Shown: piece after piece, positions 11,173-23,599 of the stretch
Numbering within the stretch: position 1 is the stretch's first letter
How the letters are laid out: each line of letters opens with the position of its first letter
NCBI GenBank assembly: GCA_964658305.1
Contig: OZ210885.1
Span: 6,262,001-6,326,000 of the forward strand
Length of the DNA stretch: 64,000 bases
Source of the DNA: Leptogorgia sarmentosa
Lineage: Eukaryota
Direction: 5' to 3'
Notes under the pieces: generated by a model
Seen by the model: the letters and a program-made list of their open reading frames with translations, nothing else
The model's database searches: none
What the model was told of the DNA's origin: nothing
Program-made: the position numbers and the translations under genes

Positions 11173-13135
11173 ATGTCAGAAACAAGCAGTTCTGTTTGGA
11201 AGTTTTTTAAGAAGGCCAATGATGACGGCTCAATTTGCTAAGTATGTATGCGTACAGTGAAAAACAAAGGTGGGAATACTTCGAACTTGGCAATGCATTT
11301 GCAAAGAAATCATCCCATGCAGTATGCTATGATCAACCGAAAGCGCAAGGTCGGTTCTCAAGCTTCCAAAGAAACCGACGAGACAGTGGGATTTGTGGGA
11401 TTAGTGGGATTAGTGGGATTCCCTTTGTCACCACAGCCTACCATCAAGAGCACATTCGCTAAAACCACTCCATTTGAAAACAGCAACCCGTGACATCGAG
11501 CCATTACAGATGCCATCACACAGTTTCTATGTAAGGATAATGTGGCCTTCAACGCGGTCAGAAGGCCAGGTTTTCGGAACCTAATAAATGTCTTTGAACC
11601 CCGATACAAGATCCCAAGCAAAACTACATTTTCCAAGACGAAAGTAATTAAACTATATGACTCAACAAGGGAATCAGTCGTGGAAGAGCTAAGTAGCATA
11701 GGATATTTTTCCTCAACTACAGACATGTGGTCATCCCACAGCTTGCTTCCTTATATGGGTTACACAATACACTGGATAGACAATGACTGGAACTTGAAGA
11801 CAAGGAATCTTGGAACCAGGTACGTCCCAGAAAACCATACCGCCAACAACCTTGCAGAGAGCATGCATGATATACTTTCCTATTGGAATCTTAACGAAAC
11901 CAAACAAGTTGCAATAACAACGGACAATGGGCAAACGTTAAAAAGGCCTGTAAGGACAACAGTTGGACAAACATGTCATGTTTTGGTCACAATCTTCATT
12001 TGGCAATCACTAAGATCGTGGCCGCAATTGGCACCAGCTGGAGAAGACGCAGAGACATGACGGCAGCTCAACTGCAGGAAGAACCAGGACAAAAAGTTAA
12101 GCAGTTGGCATCTGTAAGTTTTCACTTTTTACTATAAAATAGTAAAGACTAAATATAAAAGGAGAATTAAAACAAAAGTTTTCTACTTTTCAGTCCTTCA
12201 GTAAAAGACTATTTTATAACAGTTTTTTAACATGATGATGTTTTAAAACGAATATCCTACACGCTGGGGATCCACGCAACATATGATCAGTCGTATTTTG
12301 CAAAATAAGAGAACAATAAGAAGAGTGCTGGGGAATGACAAGAAGGCATCTCATCTTGTACCAAGCTGGCAAGATTTGGAAATTCTAGAGTGCATCAATG
12401 TTGCGTTGGCTCCACTCAACTAATTCACTCACATATCGGGAAGTAAATATGTCACTATTAGTGCTGTGAAACCAATTTTGCATCGTTGAACTTGCTAATA
12501 AAGATGACAATCTTCCGCTGACATGCGAGCTCAAGGAAGAAATCCTGCAACATCTAAGTCAAGGTATGACGAAAATGATCTTTCCCAGCTGTTGAACATG
12601 GCAACCTTCCTTGATCCGAGGTACAAAGCGGATTTCATCGCCAATAGCGAAACCGATGACGCCAAGCCATTACAGCTGGTTTTGGTCAAAAACGAACTTC
12701 TCCAGCAGGCTGTTTTCCTTCACTTCGCTGAACAAGAAAGTGATGTTCCTCCATCGCATTGTGATGCACCCTCAACGCCACCAGCACAAAAGAAGATAAA
12801 ACTTAGCCTTGGAGCTTTGACTAGCCTCAGAAAACACACACATCAACCACAACCAACACTCGCTCAGTCACCACGTGATCGCTTGTCAAACGAAATCAAA
12901 CTTTACCAGACTTATCCTGTGATTGACGGAGACGAAGATCCGCTAACATGGTGGCAGAGAAACGAAGTTAATTTCCCATTGCTCTGTCAGCTTGCCCGAA
13001 AGTATCTTGCCATCCAGGCTAGCATCCGAACGATTATTCAGCAAGGCAGGACTGATCAGTACTCCATCTCGAGCACATTTAAAGCCAGAAAAAGTTGACA
13101 TGCTAACATTTCTATCTGAAAACTTGCAATTTTTG
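11173..13135 (+). pseudogene. BED-finger hAT transposase
   Basis: SVWKFF..C..C...NTSNLAMHL..H, TTDMWS, TTDNG, ATFLDPRYK, DPLTWW..FPLL.LARKYL; stops and frameshifts. Confidence 0.9.
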
Positions 13136-13559
13136 TAAATAGTACTAAATACGTAATGTTAACATCGTTTTTTCACTTGTATTTTTACACCCTTGTAGGC
13201 TTTTCATATTAAGCATCTAAAATTAAAATCTTCACCTAATTGCTACACTATTTTATGACTGTGTGTTAATTATTGATAAAAAACCGGTTTTTTATGGTTT
13301 TTTCTCAACGGTTTTCGGTTTCGGATTTTTTTCAGAACCGCCCCAGCCTAAAATAGATAGAGCGTTATTCCACAGTCAACGAAGAACTTGTATCGATGCA
13401 TTAGTCATTCCGTTCGAAATATAATGTACTTAGTTAGCGGCCAGGCTAAGTGAGCGATTGCCTACTGAACAATACAATAGTTAATATCGTAATGAAATCT
13501 TCAATGTTAATTGCTATATATAAAATGTTGCGAATAAGAAATGCGGGAATGTACATGCC

Positions 13560-13900
13560 AAAGCTTGCTTGCAACACTTGTCGTAAATCATCTGTGATTT
13601 GCGTGTCACAGACAAGTGGAAGTAGATTTTGGATGCACTGGGTGCTGAGATGGTAATGTCTATTTTGCTCCCGCCCAAGATGCCAAGACTTTGAGCCATC
13701 ATCATTTATGTGAGGATAATAATCACGCTCTTTCCTGCAAATAACGACTGTGTTGTCTGGAGGGTGAACACCAGGAGTTTTAAAAGCATTCCCACGACCA
13801 TTACACTTGGATATTCTACCAGCTATCTTTTGCAGTTGATAACGGGCATTTGTCAATGGTATTGCAGGTCTTGGTGGCAACGGAACTCCACAGGGTACTG
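13560..13900 (-). pseudogene. C-terminal Zn-finger-like fragment of a probable MULE/SWIM transposon protein
   Basis: GRISKCNG...ICRKERDYY...HYHLSTQCI motif; possible element end with ggaaca repeats near 9678. Confidence 0.45.
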
Positions 13901-13994
13901 GAGCTAAAATACGTTTTTGTTGCTGTTGTTGTTGTTGTTGCAATTGTTCAGAAGTAAAATAATATATGCTATCATTGTAAATAATTAACATTAA

Positions 13995-14541
13995 TTATGG
14001 ACGGCCAAGCAAAAAGACTGGGAAAAAAGCGTGCTCGAGGACCGATAGGATTTACAGTTTATATAGTTTGTTTAATTTTTGTTGATATTTTGGGAATAAA
14101 AGTTCAGTTGTTCAGTTGATGTAGGAGTCTAATCAACATTTGGCGATCCTGCCAGGACGTGGCGATTAAACAAGGAGTATATATTACAGAATTACAGTAC
14201 GGGATAGTATGGGTTCCGAAGAAAACAACGTAGAACTAGAAACGATTGTAGTGGAGAATACCGGGGAGAGAAGTGATAAGTTAGTAGAAAACGTGAACGA
14301 GAGTCAAGCACATTTGTCGAAACAATATGCAGAAGCACTGGTGAGACTACGAAGAGAGAAAGGGACGCGTAAAACTAAGGTAACTAAGTTGAAGCATCAC
14401 TTGCAAAAACTATGTAATCTGAGGGACGGTGATAATACAGCTGAAATAGAAAATTACGTGAATGAACTGTGGGAAGTTTTAGAGGAGACACAGCTTGTAA
14501 TGGATGAAATGAGTAGCTTATACCTACAAATGAAGCTGTAG
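13995..14541 (+). mobile_element. BEL/Pao-like LTR retrotransposon 5' fragment (LTR end, PBS, gag start)
   Basis: aataaa...aaca, then PBS TGGCGATCCTGCCAGGA (about 14140-14157, tRNA-Arg-like), then coiled-coil ORF 14209-14541. Confidence 0.65.
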
Positions 14542-14544
14542 CTT

Positions 14545-15759
14545 AGCCCATTGAGAGCTCTTGTAGGTCTATAAAAATGTATTTTTATGTTTTCATTTTA
14601 TTACACCTCATTATATACTATTATTATCAATTACAACTAATGATATAAATCTCCACTGACTGCAGACTTCAAGTTTAGTGTTTACCTGAGTAAACACTCT
14701 ACTATAGTACCTTGGCAGCACTCCTCTTTTCTTGTTTATATTTTTCTGTCTTCTTTCCTTTCCATTTGATAAGCCTGGCACCCTTTGCTTGCACAAAATC
14801 AAACAGTATTTGCAGCATTTCACTTGATAGACCTATAAATTTTAGTATGTTATAATATGGTTCAGTTTTAAATTCCTATTTAAATTGTGAGAATGAGAAA
14901 TAAGCACTAATGGTAACAAAAATCATAAAATGATGGAATTTCTTACCTGTATAATGGGATGAATCTTTGGCAACATTTTCTAAAAACATATATTTCTGTA
15001 TGCTGTTGGCATTGGTCAATAATTCAGTAGGGTGTGTTTTAAGATGCTCAAGTGTTATGGTGGTCTGAACAACGGCATCTTTTTCCTTTAAATCAGGATT
15101 GCCCTCATGTTCGTTATCAGCTCCTTCCATTTCAGTCAAGGACAACAGACCCTCAGCTGCATATTTTTTGTCGACTGGTTCCCTTTCGTGTAAATACAGC
15201 AGAGCCTCGGCTGGTGATTTTCATTTTCGCTTTACTTTTTCAGCCTATACAAATTTAAAATGAGACGTTTAGTAAGCCTCCATATTTTAAATGGCATGCT
15301 TTAGTGATTATGTAAATCAGATATGTTTTTGTATTTACATATTTCACACGTGTACTGCTCTTCTTTAAATACTCGAACAAAATACGATTGACACTTACAT
15401 TCTCGGCACTTTTTACAGCTGAAATAGGGTCCGTACATTCCAGAGTAGGACCATTTTCTCCCACAAAATGCAGGCTACAAATATAACTGTCCTTCGTACA
15501 CACAAATCCATCACCTCTGTGACATGCACCAATCCAGCGCTCGCGCTATGGTATTTTGCCCCAGGAAAATGTAAAAAAATATTTCATTATCAGGTCCACG
15601 TTTTAGGCGATCGGGATACTGTGAATCGCTGTTGCAAGTACCCCAAGCGCACCTTTTGGTCGTAACCATGGTGTATTCATTCCGCCATGTTTGTCCGAGT
15701 TTCTCAATTAGCGGAGCACATGTTTCCACTTAATGGCAAACCGCCAAAGTGGTCTATTG
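14545..15759 (-). mobile_element. THAP-containing Harbinger/ISL2EU-like transposon, 5' fragment
   Basis: MVTTKRCAWGTC...YICSLHF...P THAP domain, spliced; terminus CAATAGACC. Confidence 0.65.
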
Positions 15760-16114
15760 CCCTTCAGGTATGTCATGATATTTTGGGTTATACAACTTAC
15801 AGAAATAGTAAACGTTTATGAGTGTAATGGTAAGAAAATTTCATGAGGTGTAACATTTATTGTTACATTTATTGCAGCAATAGCTGAGTTGAATAGAACG
15901 AATTATCTTCTGCTGAATGAAAATATTCTTATGTAGTGTATAGTGTATGATCATCTTTTTGACCAAGGAAATATTCAGACTCTTTCAACTATGGAAAATG
16001 GAAGTTTTATTAAATAAGAATTTCATGAATGAGGTAATATATTAATACATACATATAAGATTGATCGAGTGTACAACTCTCACTTGATAAATAAATTTTA
16101 CATGGTTTTTAAAT

Positions 16115-18627
16115 TTTAATTTAATTTATTTTAACAATTTTTATTGAGAATTCTACAAAATTTAAACACACAGCAGTTTTATATAGAAATAAGTAGAATA
16201 CCCCAAATGGATAGAATCCGCACAAACGAGACATAAAGTCCCATGCTAGGTGCTCACCATTCCAAGACTATACAAAACAATAACAAAAACACAATACTAC
16301 AAAGCATAAACATCAATCACAAAAATTTACTAAGTTCTATGACAAGGACAGTCACTCGCCAATGACCATGTACATGGCATGTATATGTCATACGTTGTCT
16401 CAAGCAAGCGTCTGTACATGCTTCTAATGTTTCTTTTCAACGGAGAAAGGGAGGTGAAGGTGGTAGGAGGTGAAGGTGGTAGGAGGTGAAGGTGGTAGGA
16501 GGTGAAGGTGGTAGGAGGTAGAACTTTACAAGTATAGTTCCATAGTTTAACCAGTCGGTTGAAATAGGATGCTTTGAATGTGTTGGAATTACAGAGGGGG
16601 ACTCTAAGGGTGAGGGGGTGGGGTTTTGACAGAGTTGGGTTCGACTGTTGTTGGAAAAGGAGACGAAGGTGTAGACGTCCAAATCTATGATGCCAACTAG
16701 AGCTTTGAAGAAGAAGATCAGATCGAAAATCTCTCTTTCATAGCAGAGGGGAAGCAAATTCAAATGCATTAGCCGTTGTTGATATGTCATTTCGCCATGC
16801 TTGGATTGTAATATCCACGCAGTGGCACGTCTTTGGATGCTTTCGACTTTAGACCTGTATTTTGCAGTGTGTGGAGACCAGACTTCGCTACCGTAACATA
16901 GTTCAGATCTGACAAGGGAGAGATACAGCATTCGTCGTACTGATTTGTTTTTCAAAAGAGGGCAAGTTCGTTTCAGCAACCCAAGCATCTTGTTAGCCTT
17001 GACAGTAATTGTTTGAATGTGAGCATCCCAATGGAAGTCGGTGGTGATGCAGATACTGAGGTCTTTCCCTTTATTCACTCGCAGGAGTTCTTTTGAGTTC
17101 ATACGGTAGGCATATACGAGTGGAGACTTTTTTCTTGTGATGGTCAGCACTTTACATTTTGACTGGTTGAAATCTAGATTATTATCACTGCTCCAACATT
17201 CAAGGTTGGTCAAGGCGTGTTGTAGGATTTTACAGTCAGCTTCCGATTTGATAGATTTGAACACTTTGGTGTCATCTGCATTCAATGCTGCCGAGGTGTC
17301 GTTTGGTAGCACATTAGGAAGATCATTTATAAAGATAGCAAACAGAACAGGGCCTAGGATACTTCCTTGTGGCATACCAGAGGTTACATGCGTCCAAGAA
17401 GATGCAACTCCATCTACCACAACTCGTTGACGACGACCGCTCAGATAATCTTCAAACCATGCATGTAGTTGTCCTGACACACCACAGTGAAGTTTGTGAA
17501 GAAGAATATTGTGGTCAACAGAGTCGAATGCTTTTGCAAAATCTAGTTTGGGTGTTGTTGTCAAGATCCTGACCGATGGTATGAAGGACAGATAGGAGTC
17601 GGGTGACACATGAATGTTGTCTGAGGAAGCCATGTTGGAGTTTGGAGATGAAATGTTTGACATGATCATAAAGTTGGAAACGCACGCTACGTTCTAGAAC
17701 TTTTCCGAGGATGGGAAGCAAGGAAATAGGTCTATAATATTTTGCTGGTTCTTTGCGATCTTTCTTGTGGACAGGTGTAACATTGGCGGATTTCCATTCA
17801 GTTGGGATTTGACCGGTGTGCAGTGAATGATTGAATAAATCACAAATGCTGGGCGCAATTTGGAAGCTGCATTCTTGCAGAAGACGAGTTGGAATGCCGT
17901 CGGGGCCACACGCTTTGGAAGTGTCAAGGTAGTACAAGGTTCGTGCCACTTCTGGATCCAGTGTTATGTTGGAAAGTTCCTCAACTTCAGACAGATGGAG
18001 CGGCTCACAGACACCTGATTTTGAATATGTGGTAGGAGAGTGAAATACAGAAGAGAAGTACGCATTAAAAAGTGTGGCTTTATCTTTCGCAGATTTAACA
18101 GTAATTCTGTTGAACGTTATTTCATGATGAAGATTTGCTTTGGGGCACAGGATAGCTTTATGGTAGCTCCAGAACAGCTTTGGGTTGACAGAGAATGAAT
18201 TTTCGATTTTAGCCAGATATTCTTGACGTTTCCGTATAATTAGACGCTTAGTTTGTTGAGTGATGGATCTTAGTTTTTGCTTCCGAGTTACAGATCTGTT
18301 CATTCGGTATCTTCTTAAAGCATGATATTTCTTGCGAATAAGAATCTGAACTTCTCTATCAATTCAAGGGGGAGAGTTGGTGTCTTTAACAGTTTTTATT
18401 GGGATGTACTTTCTCACAGCAGTTAAGAAAGTGTCCTTCCAATCTTGCCAGTCGTTATCGATATCATTGGTTGGAGCAATATTAATGGGGTTTCTCATGA
18501 GGAAATTGCACAACTCATCAAATTTACCATTCCTATAGTCGAAAACTTGGCGTTTAACAGGTTTGGCTCTATTAAACTTTAGTTGAATATCAAATTCCAC
18601 GACGTAATGATCTGTTGGGAAACACTC
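16115..18627 (-). mobile_element. CR1/L2-group LINE, 5'-truncated and frameshifted
   Basis: KACGPDGI, WKSANVTPVHKK, YRPISLL, QHGF, LDFAKAFDSV, PQGSILGP, NADD; A-rich tail. Confidence 0.92.
16449..16520. repeat. 15-bp purine minisatellite (GGAGGTGAAGGTGGTA-like) inside the LINE
   Basis: About 4.5 tandem copies. Confidence 0.85.
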
Positions 18628-19354
18628 AGGAATCCTTCGACATTGAAGTCGTCTTTGCTTTCATACGGGAAGGGCCCCTTTGCTTCCGTTGCTTCCTCTA
18701 TACAAAAATGAAACACATTTGACGATCATGATCAGTGGGACCATTACGTTATACGTTTTCCTTGCATGCAAATACAGTCAGTGCTGATTGTTTTACTTTT
18801 TTTTGTATTTTACTGAAATACTCAGTGATCCCTATGACTATACCGAAGATGAACAAAAAAACTTTGAATTTTCTAATTTGGCAAATTCTAATCCAAAATT
18901 TCGATTAGAGCACATATATCGAATAAACTGGTGCAAGGGCGCCACACTTTCGGTATTTACAATTAAACAGAGACTGGACTACCTTGCGCAAACGTTTTTC
19001 TTCTTTGGTTGTCACTAAATGTAGGAGCAAAAATAAATCTAGATATATTCTCACCATGTATTTATATTCCAAGTTGGTATATTGACTAAAACCAGTGTAA
19101 ATATTATTATTACCTGACGCTGAAGGGTTCAGGAAAAGGTTAGCATATAAACCAACTTTACCGCAAAAACAACTTTGCAGCACAATGGGGAGGGGCAGAA
19201 CAATAACTACTGCATTAGCATTAACATTAATGGCATCAGCATCATAAGCATATGAAAGCTTCATAGGCTTAATGTGGTTCATAATACGCAAACTGGGAAC
19301 CATAATTTGCCATTTCATTATACATGCCCGATGTTGTACAGTGTCTATCCTCAC

Positions 19355-19441
19355 CTTATTCTTCGCATCCAGTTGGGCACCTTTCTCTATCAGGCATTTC
19401 ACGACGTCAACATGTCCGCTTGACGTCTGTCCGACGTCAAA
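19355..19441 (-). pseudogene. Partial ankyrin-repeat exon, copy 2
   Basis: GHVDVVKCLIEKGAQLDAKNK|gtgag. Confidence 0.7.
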
Positions 19442-19663
19442 CTAAAAACCAACGTATGACTAATCAATGCTTTAAATGTTTGCATTGGTAAAGTTTGTAG
19501 TTTACACGACATAATTTTATTATTGCAAAGCTTTTGATCTGTAAGCCTGGATATTCACCAGTGCCAATAATATCTTATATCTTGTAAGATATTATTATAA
19601 TATTATAGGATAAGATATTATAAATTTTTGACCAAAACTGTGATGATAAGTGTAAACACTTAC

Positions 19664-20152
19664 CTTTCACATGTTGAATTTGTTTTCTTTTTCGGAACCT
19701 CCAGGGTTTGTTGGTCCTGGAGGTAGTTGATGGTTTTTGACCTGATGGTCTGTGTGTCGTTGAAAGTCCTTGGGTCATTGATGGTTCTTGGGTTATGGGT
19801 GGTTCTTGGGTTATGGGTGGTTCTTGGGTTATGGATGGTTCTTGGGTTATGGCTGGTTCTTGGGTTATGGCTGGTTCTTGGGTTATGGGTGGTTCTTGAG
19901 TCATTGGTGGTTCTCGGGTCACTGGTGGTTCGGGGGTTTGGGTCGTTGATGGTTGAACTGTTGCAAGGGTGCTAATATCTCCATTCTCCTTCCTTTTGAA
20001 TTCAATTTCGTCCTTGCACTGCAGTATGGACTTTAGCTGACATGCTCCATAACCGCTTGGTTTTCGAAATGGAATTCCAGCTGGCAATCCTTCGACATCG
20101 AAGTCGTCTTTGCTTTTATACGGGAAGGGCCCCTTCGCTTCCGTTGCTTCCT
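19664..20152 (-). CDS. Exon encoding a GTF2I (TFII-I) I-repeat-like domain plus (PPITQE)n mucin-like repeats
   Basis: PY...VEGLPAGIPFRKPSGYGACQLKSILQCKDEIEF resembles the I-repeat pattern VEGLP.GIPFR.P..YG...L..IL; acceptor gcacag and donor gtaagt; 489 bp open, phase 1-1. Confidence 0.7.
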
Positions 20153-20808
20153 CTGTGCAGAGGTGGAACACATTCGACGATCATGATCAGTGGGACCATT
20201 ACGTTATACGTTTTCCATGCATGCAAATACAGTCAGCGCTGATTGTTTTACTTTTTTTTGTATTTTACTGAAATACTCAGTGATCCCTATAACTATACCG
20301 AAGATGAACAAAAAAACTTTGAATTTTCTAATTTGGCAAATTCTAGTCCAAAATTTCGATTAGAGCACATATATCGAATAAACTGGTGCAAGGGGCCGCA
20401 CTTACGGTATTTACAATTAAACAGAGACTGGACTACCTTGCGCAAACGTTTTTCTTCTTTGGTTGTCACTAAATGTAGGAGCAAAAATAAATCTAGATAT
20501 ATTCTCACCATGCATTTATATTCCAAGTTGGTATATTGACTAAAACCAGTGTAAATATTATTATTACCTGACGCTGAAGAGTTCGGGAAAAGGTTAGCAT
20601 ATAAACCAACTTTACTGCAAAAACAACTTTCCAGCACAATGGGGAGGGGCAGAACAATAACGACTGCATTAGCATTAACATTAACAGCATGAGCATCATA
20701 AGCATATGAAAGATTCATAGGCTTAATGTGGTTCATAATACACAAACTGGGAACCATAATTTGCCATTTCATTATACATGCCCCATGTTGTACAGTGTCT
20801 ATCCTCAC

Positions 20809-20895
20809 CTTATACTTCGCGTCCAGTTGGGCACCTTTCTCTACCAGGCACTTCACGATGTCAACATGTCATTTTGACGTCTGTCCGACGTCAAA
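20809..20895 (-). pseudogene. Partial ankyrin-repeat exon, copy 3
   Basis: HVDIVKCLVEKGAQLDAKYK|gtgag; stop codon earlier in the exon. Confidence 0.65.
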
Positions 20896-22399
20896 CTAAA
20901 AACAAACGTATGACTAATCAATGCTTTGAATGTTTGTATTGGTAAAGTTTGTAGTTTACACCACATAATTTTATTATCGCAAAGCTTTTGATCTGTAAGC
21001 CCAGATCTTCACCAGTGCCAATAATATCTTGTAAGATATTATTATAATATTATAGGATAAGATATTATAAATTTTTGACCAAAACTGTGATGATAATGTG
21101 TTTACATACCTTTCACATGTCGAATTTGTTTTCTTTTTCGGAACCTCCAGGGTTTGTTGGTCCTGGAGGTAGTTGATGGTTTTTGACCTGATGGTCCTTG
21201 GGTCATTGATGGTTCTTTGGTTATGGGTGGCAAACTAGATACTTTTCTGTCTAAGCATAACTTGTATATCCATAGACCTACACATTTAGTTGATAAAATT
21301 CAGGTTCAACTATTTACAAAATGAAAAGGAATGTTTTGCACTGTTTGAGCTAAAATATAACAATAGAGTTGATGTTCGCGGGCATGAAAGTTCATTTTAT
21401 TATGCTATGGGATATTTTAGGGGGTATTTACAATGACAAAAACTCATAAGTAACAACAAAGTTTCATCAGTATGAACAAAACAAAACATTCTCGGCGAAA
21501 TATTTCGGTGTCTAAAGCATATTTTAACCATGTTTGTATCGTAAAATGAACAGGAAAATAAATAATTTTAATAAGTTTACCTTTTTCGTAGTAATGTTGA
21601 GTGGAAAAGCGTCAATATTGAAGCAAATGCGTCAATATTGAATAGGTTTTCGTAGGAGTTCCGCACATTACAGGAAATTTAGAGCGAAAAGTTTTTCAAA
21701 ATAGGGTGGCAGCGTGGCAATATTAATAGCAACTGAACGGGAATGGACGGCAATCCAGTCCAGCGGGACGAAAATTCTGTTCTGAAATTCGTACAATTCT
21801 GCACAATCAATATAAACACATAGTGGCCGACCCTGTGGTCCACCAGCCTAACTTTCTTCTCAATGTCTTACCCTAAACTGCAAATCTAATTCGAGATCCC
21901 AGTCTTGAAAATAAAGAAATATGAAAAAGTCTCACCATAAATTAATTTCACTGAAGTTCAGATCCCAGTCTCGAAAATCAAAATTAACTTAATTCAAGAT
22001 CCCAGTCTTGTAAATCAAAGTGAACTTAAGTCCAGATCCCAGTCTCGAAAATCAAAAATTAAACAGAGGAGGAATGAAGCCCTCCAGAAAAAGAATGGAA
22101 AGGAAAGCAGAAGAATCAGGTATCGGCCAAGCACTTCTACCTGACGACAGACACACACAGCAAGACAGGTCGTGATCCCAGTTTTCGAGACTGTATCATT
22201 TGTGTCAAAAAGCAAGTGTGTTTACAGAATTGTGGTGTAGTGTAATCATATAAATTTTAATCTTGTATTTCCTAATATCCATCTCCTTATGGATCCTCAT
22301 CATAGCCAACCCATTTAGGGGGTTCAGAAACCATCGTACTCCTTTTATAGTCCTTTAACTCTCACAATACCAAGATAGAGTGTTCACACTCGCAAGATG

Positions 22400-23556
22400 T
22401 AATTGGAAGCATACCAAGAATACGAAGAATCACTTTAATATTCTCAAAGGCTTCAGGCTTTATTGCCTTTAAAGTTGATGCGATTATGTCTGGGAGTGAT
22501 CTTGTATAATCCTCCCAATACATCTGTCAAATTAACAACTCATTCTCTAATGTTCAATGATTCGGTGAATCATCATAATAGAAGTTGGTGGTTGCCATCA
22601 ATTTTTCCTTCCAATCAATTCCGCTATTTAAAAGATAAATCCTCTCACTTGGCACAATGCTAAGTCCTTTATAAACATTTATACTCTAAATATTGAAGCA
22701 AGCCTGTAATGAAGAGTTAAGGTGGTCTATCATTGGAATTGTATATGTTCGCTTATTGTACTCTGACACGGCTTTAAAAAGCGTATTATCACGGGTTGTC
22801 TGTTTACTTGCAGTTCTTAATTTTGTGTCATCAACATTAACCACACCCAGCAAGTGCCAAAGCTCCATCATGCTATTTACTATGGTATGAATCAATAGAG
22901 TTCCTCTTGGTCATAACAACATTTTTCAAAGAATTTATAAGGTGAATTCCATCCATGATGTCAATGCTCTTCCCCCTGAAGCAACTGATTGACACCAATG
23001 GTGGGCTTGAAAATAAAGCGAAAATGAATGGAAATTTTTTGATGAGACCAAGTGAGTCAGATGCCTCACTGGAAACATTAGGACTGTGCTGACATTCTTT
23101 ATTTATTTTCACTTCTGTTCAAGTTTGAAAAACTGATCCTGAAAATTATCTAGACCATTAACCGTTTCAACCCATCTTGTTCTGCAAACGTCAACCAACT
23201 TCTTTTTCTGAACAATTGACCCTGGAGCAAAGGAGGAGATGGATATTTTTTTCCATAGGGATTTGAAGTGTTTGAGATAAATTAAAAAATCAGACACTTT
23301 TTTAACCCTAGTAAGAATCGATTTATCTGAACCAGTTATCTGAATTGTTTCACATAGCCAAATTCAGCCTATGGCTATAGCAGGTGGGTGTATATGGCTT
23401 TGTCATTCAACCTTAGCAGGTGAGCAGATAGCTGTTAATATGGCCAGCACCGTCATATCCCTGGCCACGGCAGTCAGCAACAGCAAGTTGTTCCCCTTTC
23501 AAACCGAACTGTCAATCAAGAAATCCAACAAACTCCTCCGTTATATTCATTTCCTG
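22400..23556 (-). pseudogene. hAT transposase fragment (P52rIPK-like), paralogous to 7485-8020
   Basis: KKLVDVCRTRWVE, IPMIDHL; nucleotide identity with the 7.5-8.0 kb block. Confidence 0.8.
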
Positions 23557-23599
23557 ATTAAACAAAATTAAATTTTAGTTTATTCCTCAGATGAATCTG

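Larger units (their letters stand above)
10195..13350 (+). mobile_element. hAT (Ac/ZBED1-like) transposon, pseudogenized
   Basis: TIR T(T/A)GGCTGGGG(T/C)GGTT at both ends; degenerate 8-bp TSD ATATAGAG/AAATAGAT. Confidence 0.85.
18628..21232. repeat. Tandem segmental duplication, ~1.45-kb unit
   Basis: Near-identical ORFs at 18788 and 20243 (offset 1455 bp); exon positions repeat. Confidence 0.9.

Noticed and set aside
18905..20856. 165-aa and 187-aa ankyrin proteins with a hydrophobic segment
   Set aside because: Similarity stops at the GTGAG donor; the rest is intron read-through.
19355..20895. Functional ankyrin-GTF2I fusion protein
   Set aside because: Exon phases are incompatible, the ankyrin half-repeat lacks TPLH, and copy 3 has a stop.
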